Source: Malacoraja senta
Lineage: Eukaryota
NCBI GenBank assembly: GCA_038087875.1
Contig: CM075988.1
Location: 15,626,001-15,690,000 of the forward strand
Direction of reading: 5' to 3'
Length of the DNA: 64,000 nucleotides
Made by a program: the position numbers and the translations under genes. The notes beneath the pieces were generated by a model that saw nothing but the letters and a program-made list of their open reading frames with translations, did no database searches and was not told the origin of the DNA. Position 1 is the stretch's first letter. Every line of letters starts with the position of its first letter. This document shows, piece after piece, positions 60,626-64,000 of the stretch.

Positions 60626-62983
60626 AATAATTGAAACATAAATGTAAATCCAAGTTTAGTGGATGGTAACTCTTGAGACAAGTATCCAACACTGAGCACC
60701 AATTATAAAGATGGAATTTAATCCACCGTCCTAGCAAATCTACATGATTGAGCGTTTTCTCTGAGTGGAAATCATTTGGGGCATGTTAAAACAAGACCTT
60801 TCCCGATGCAATGGAAAATGGACCAATTAACGTCAATTTACCGATGGGTAGGAAAGAAGTTAGCCAGGGAGCAAACCTGGTGATGTGTGCAAGAATATTA
60901 TTTGTACTAGTAAAGCTTTCAGAGTGTCAGTGTGCTTTTTAAATGAGGGTATCGTTCAAATGTAGACTGATTCTGCCCTTATCCACCATCCAAATATATC
61001 TTACAGAAGGTCATTGAACATGGCCAGTGAACCATGATTACTTTCCACCCCAGAAGTAAAATGCTAACTGTGGTGCCCGTACTACATTGGAACTGATATC
61101 CTCTCAGCACCCGAATGAATTCATTTAATGTGTAGGAGTTTCACTCAATAACTTAAAAACCCATATGTATTGTATGTTGTTAAAAAAATAAGAATAATAA
61201 AAAGGTTTAAACAAGAAAGTATTTAGAAGCAGTGTTTAGGATAGCTTTGTTTAAGAAGGAACTGCTGATGCTGGAAAATCAAAGGTAGACAAAAATGCTG
61301 GAGAAACTCAGCGGGTGAGGCAGCATCTTTGGAGCGAAGGAAATAGGCAATGTTTCAGGTTGAAACCCTTCTTCATGTCGGAAATGGTCCAGGTGTATTT
61401 GAGTGCCAGATGGAAGTTAGTGTCGGAAATGGTCCAGGTGTATAATTTAGGTTAATGGTTAGGATAGCTTTGTATATTTTCCCATTCATGTCTCATGTAG
61501 ATTATTTTATGTTATTATTAAATTTACTTCCACCATTGTCTTCACACCAGCTCATATTTCACAGTATTATTTTTGTTTTCCTCATTTCCACAAATCATCC
61601 CCATACCTTCTTTAATGATAACAGCCACTGTTAATCAACTCACTTGAGGCAACTGAAGTATTTTATCATGATAATACTTTATTGTCACATGTACTTGGTA
61701 CAGTGAAATTCTTTGTTTTGCACACAATACACAGAGTATGCAAAGAGTTGCCACGTATAGGGCGCTGACAAAGTTACAAAAGTATTCAATACAGCCCGAT
61801 GGTCCCTCTTCGGTCTCGGTCATCACCATTCTAACAGATTTCTTGCGCAATATTATTCACACGGAATCAAAGTATGAAACGGAATTTTGAATAAGCTGAA
61901 ATGTGGCCTGGTCATAGGCACAATAGCCAAGATGGGACTTAATCGCACTTTTTATTAAAGCAAAGGTGGAGGCTCTAGTTTATGCATAATCAGTATTGAG
62001 TTATTATGTCTGCCAATATTTTGTGCTTAAATCTCTGAAGTTGGGCTTGAATCCACCATCCTTCTGGCTCGGAGATTAAAGTGCTACCACAGAACCAAGA
62101 CTGTCACCTAAATTGACAGAGGGCTAGGGTAGGCTGGAGATTAATACTTTTTCTCAACTCCTAAACCCACTTGCTGCAAGTGAGATTCTCTAAGATCAGT
62201 CATAGGTACCTTGCTATTGGCTATTATTCCCCTAAACTACCAGCAATTTCATCACAACTTTCCTCCATTAAAAAACACGTGTTGTCATCCTTCATAGTTG
62301 CTCATCTCTGAGTATCTGTCGTTCAATAAATGAACTTCCTGAACCACTTCATTAGATTTCAGACAGCATCACATTGCAGTGTCAGTTATTGTCTATTCTG
62401 TTTAAAAAAAAAATTGAAACATGATCAATTCATTTAACATTATCAATTAATCTGTGCATCAAATTCCTCAAAACAAAAGACACGATTAGAATTACTGAAT
62501 GTAGCAATGATCAAGGTATAAGGAAGCAGAATGGCAATTGTTAATCGGTGGAGAAGGAATGGTCCTGGAGTAATTTTCACACTTGTACACAGGTTGCCAT
62601 TTCACTGCAAGACGAAGAAGTGCCCAAGCGACTCCTGAAGTGAGAAGATCCTTTGTCAAGTGACTCTTCCATAAATTGAATTGAAAGTCCCCTGAAGAAC
62701 TGATCAACGGATGCAATGTTTCAAGTGCAATCCATATAAAAACACTTTACAGCTGAACAAGGTCCTCCACGAGCAGGAAAGTGGTTCCTTTGCTTTGGCC
62801 AACTTAATAGCTACTGTTCATCTGTAAGACAGTTAGTTCAATTAACAAATTGAATTTAAAAATAGCTTTAAGTTGTTAAAATTAAGTGAGAAGATGGAAA
62901 ATATAGGTTTGTCTTATTTTGATGCAGCAAGCAGGAATACAAAGAACCACCCTGACATCAGCAGCCCAGGTCATCCAACTTCA

Positions 62984-63914
62984 TTACTCTTCATTGAAGT
63001 CTCCTTCCTCTACTTGTCTTTCATACACGAAAAGATCAGCCATGTCCTCGTCCATATGTTCACTCATTTCTGTCAGGATCACATTGAGCGCCTGTTCAAG
63101 ATAAACAGAGGACAATCATTAATTCAATGGTGCCTCACTGACAATCTCACTGCAGGGTGGTGGACAGTGTTACACCATAGAATTCTTATTTTCTCCTCAT
63201 AACATTCAATGCACATACAACGTCAAAAAGCCCGTAGCGTGTCAGGAGGCACAAGAGACTGCAGATGTTGGAATCTGGAGCAAAAATCAAACCGCTGAAG
63301 GAACTCAGTGGGTCAGGCAGTATTTGTAGGCGGAAACAGAGAGATAATGCTTTGGTTTCACACTGAAGGGTTCCGACCTAAAATGTTGTCAATCCACAGA
63401 TGCTGCCCAGCACAATAAGCTTCTTAGCGGTTTGTTGTTACTTTAACTTGTCAAGCCAGTTCAAAGTGACTATGTGTCCATGTATAATCAGGGTGGGAAC
63501 TGAACTAAGTCTGGAGTAGATTATTGGAAATCCGGTTTGAAGCTCGAGGGATTTTTATTGTAAATAACTTGTGCTGTATTTGTTCTAAGGGTATTTGGGG
63601 ACGTAGTGTTGAGCAGCTAGCTTGTTGCTGCTAATGGATGCTGGAAGAGCAAATTGTTTTTTTTTTAATCCCCTGCCTTGATAATTGTAAAAATAATAAA
63701 TGAAAATTATTATTGAGAAAAATAATGGCTTTACAGAAGGGGATTGATATAAAATCCCAAAAGGAATTACTGGGAATCAGTTGTAAAAAATATGGACTCA
63801 CCACATCAGTAAAAGCCTTCACATGGTAATCCTTCAGTGCCACATTGTCAATGGTTGTACAATTGTAATGGCTAATGCTGAGGTACTGGTCCAAAAGGAT
63901 GTCAAGCATTGAAC
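62984..63914 (-). CDS. Last two coding exons of an unidentified gene (63914-63802, 63091-62984); the 5' part lies beyond the window
   Basis: Acceptor CCTTTTTCAG|, a 113-nt exon SMLDILLDQYLSISHYNCTTIDNVALKDYHVKAFTDV, donor |GTGAGT (phase 0), acceptor TTTATCTTGAACAG|, then ALNVILTEMSEHMDEDMADLFVYERQVEEGDFNEE*. Phases match and the frame is open. Confidence 0.7.
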
Positions 63915-64000
63915 CTGAAAAAGGATGAGGTAACTCTTCTCAGCTATCAACCAGCAAAGAAAGATCCTGTGACAAAATAAACGAAACATTCATTGCGAAC

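Overview
Vertebrate genomic DNA, most likely from an elasmobranch (skate or ray). That is an inference from the HE1/V-SINE-like, CR1/HER1-like, Rex1, L2 and Penelope-derived repeats. The window is an exchangeable-apolipoprotein gene cluster. (1) Three near-identical four-exon apoA-IV-like genes (+) lie in an ~8.15 kb tandem triplication with junctions at 6787/6788 and 14934/14935; copy 3 has a sharply different C-terminus. (2) A strongly diverged apoA-IV-like paralogue (-) gives an intact 230-aa spliced ORF, and decayed repeats continue past its stop codon. (3) A 99-aa small apolipoprotein gene (+; apoC-III/apoC-I-like) is invisible to the ORF track and lies head-to-head with gene 2. Its last intron holds a 6.4 kb endogenous retrovirus with apparently identical 546-bp LTRs but a decayed, mosaic interior (two different integrase C-termini, a captured CR1 piece and a HERV-I/P(b)-like env). 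(4) The last two exons of an unidentified gene (-) sit at the right edge. The rest is transposon-derived and includes Penelope-type fragments carrying hammerhead-ribozyme core motifs. All calls were made by eye from sequence, splice phases and remembered family motifs; no database searches were run.
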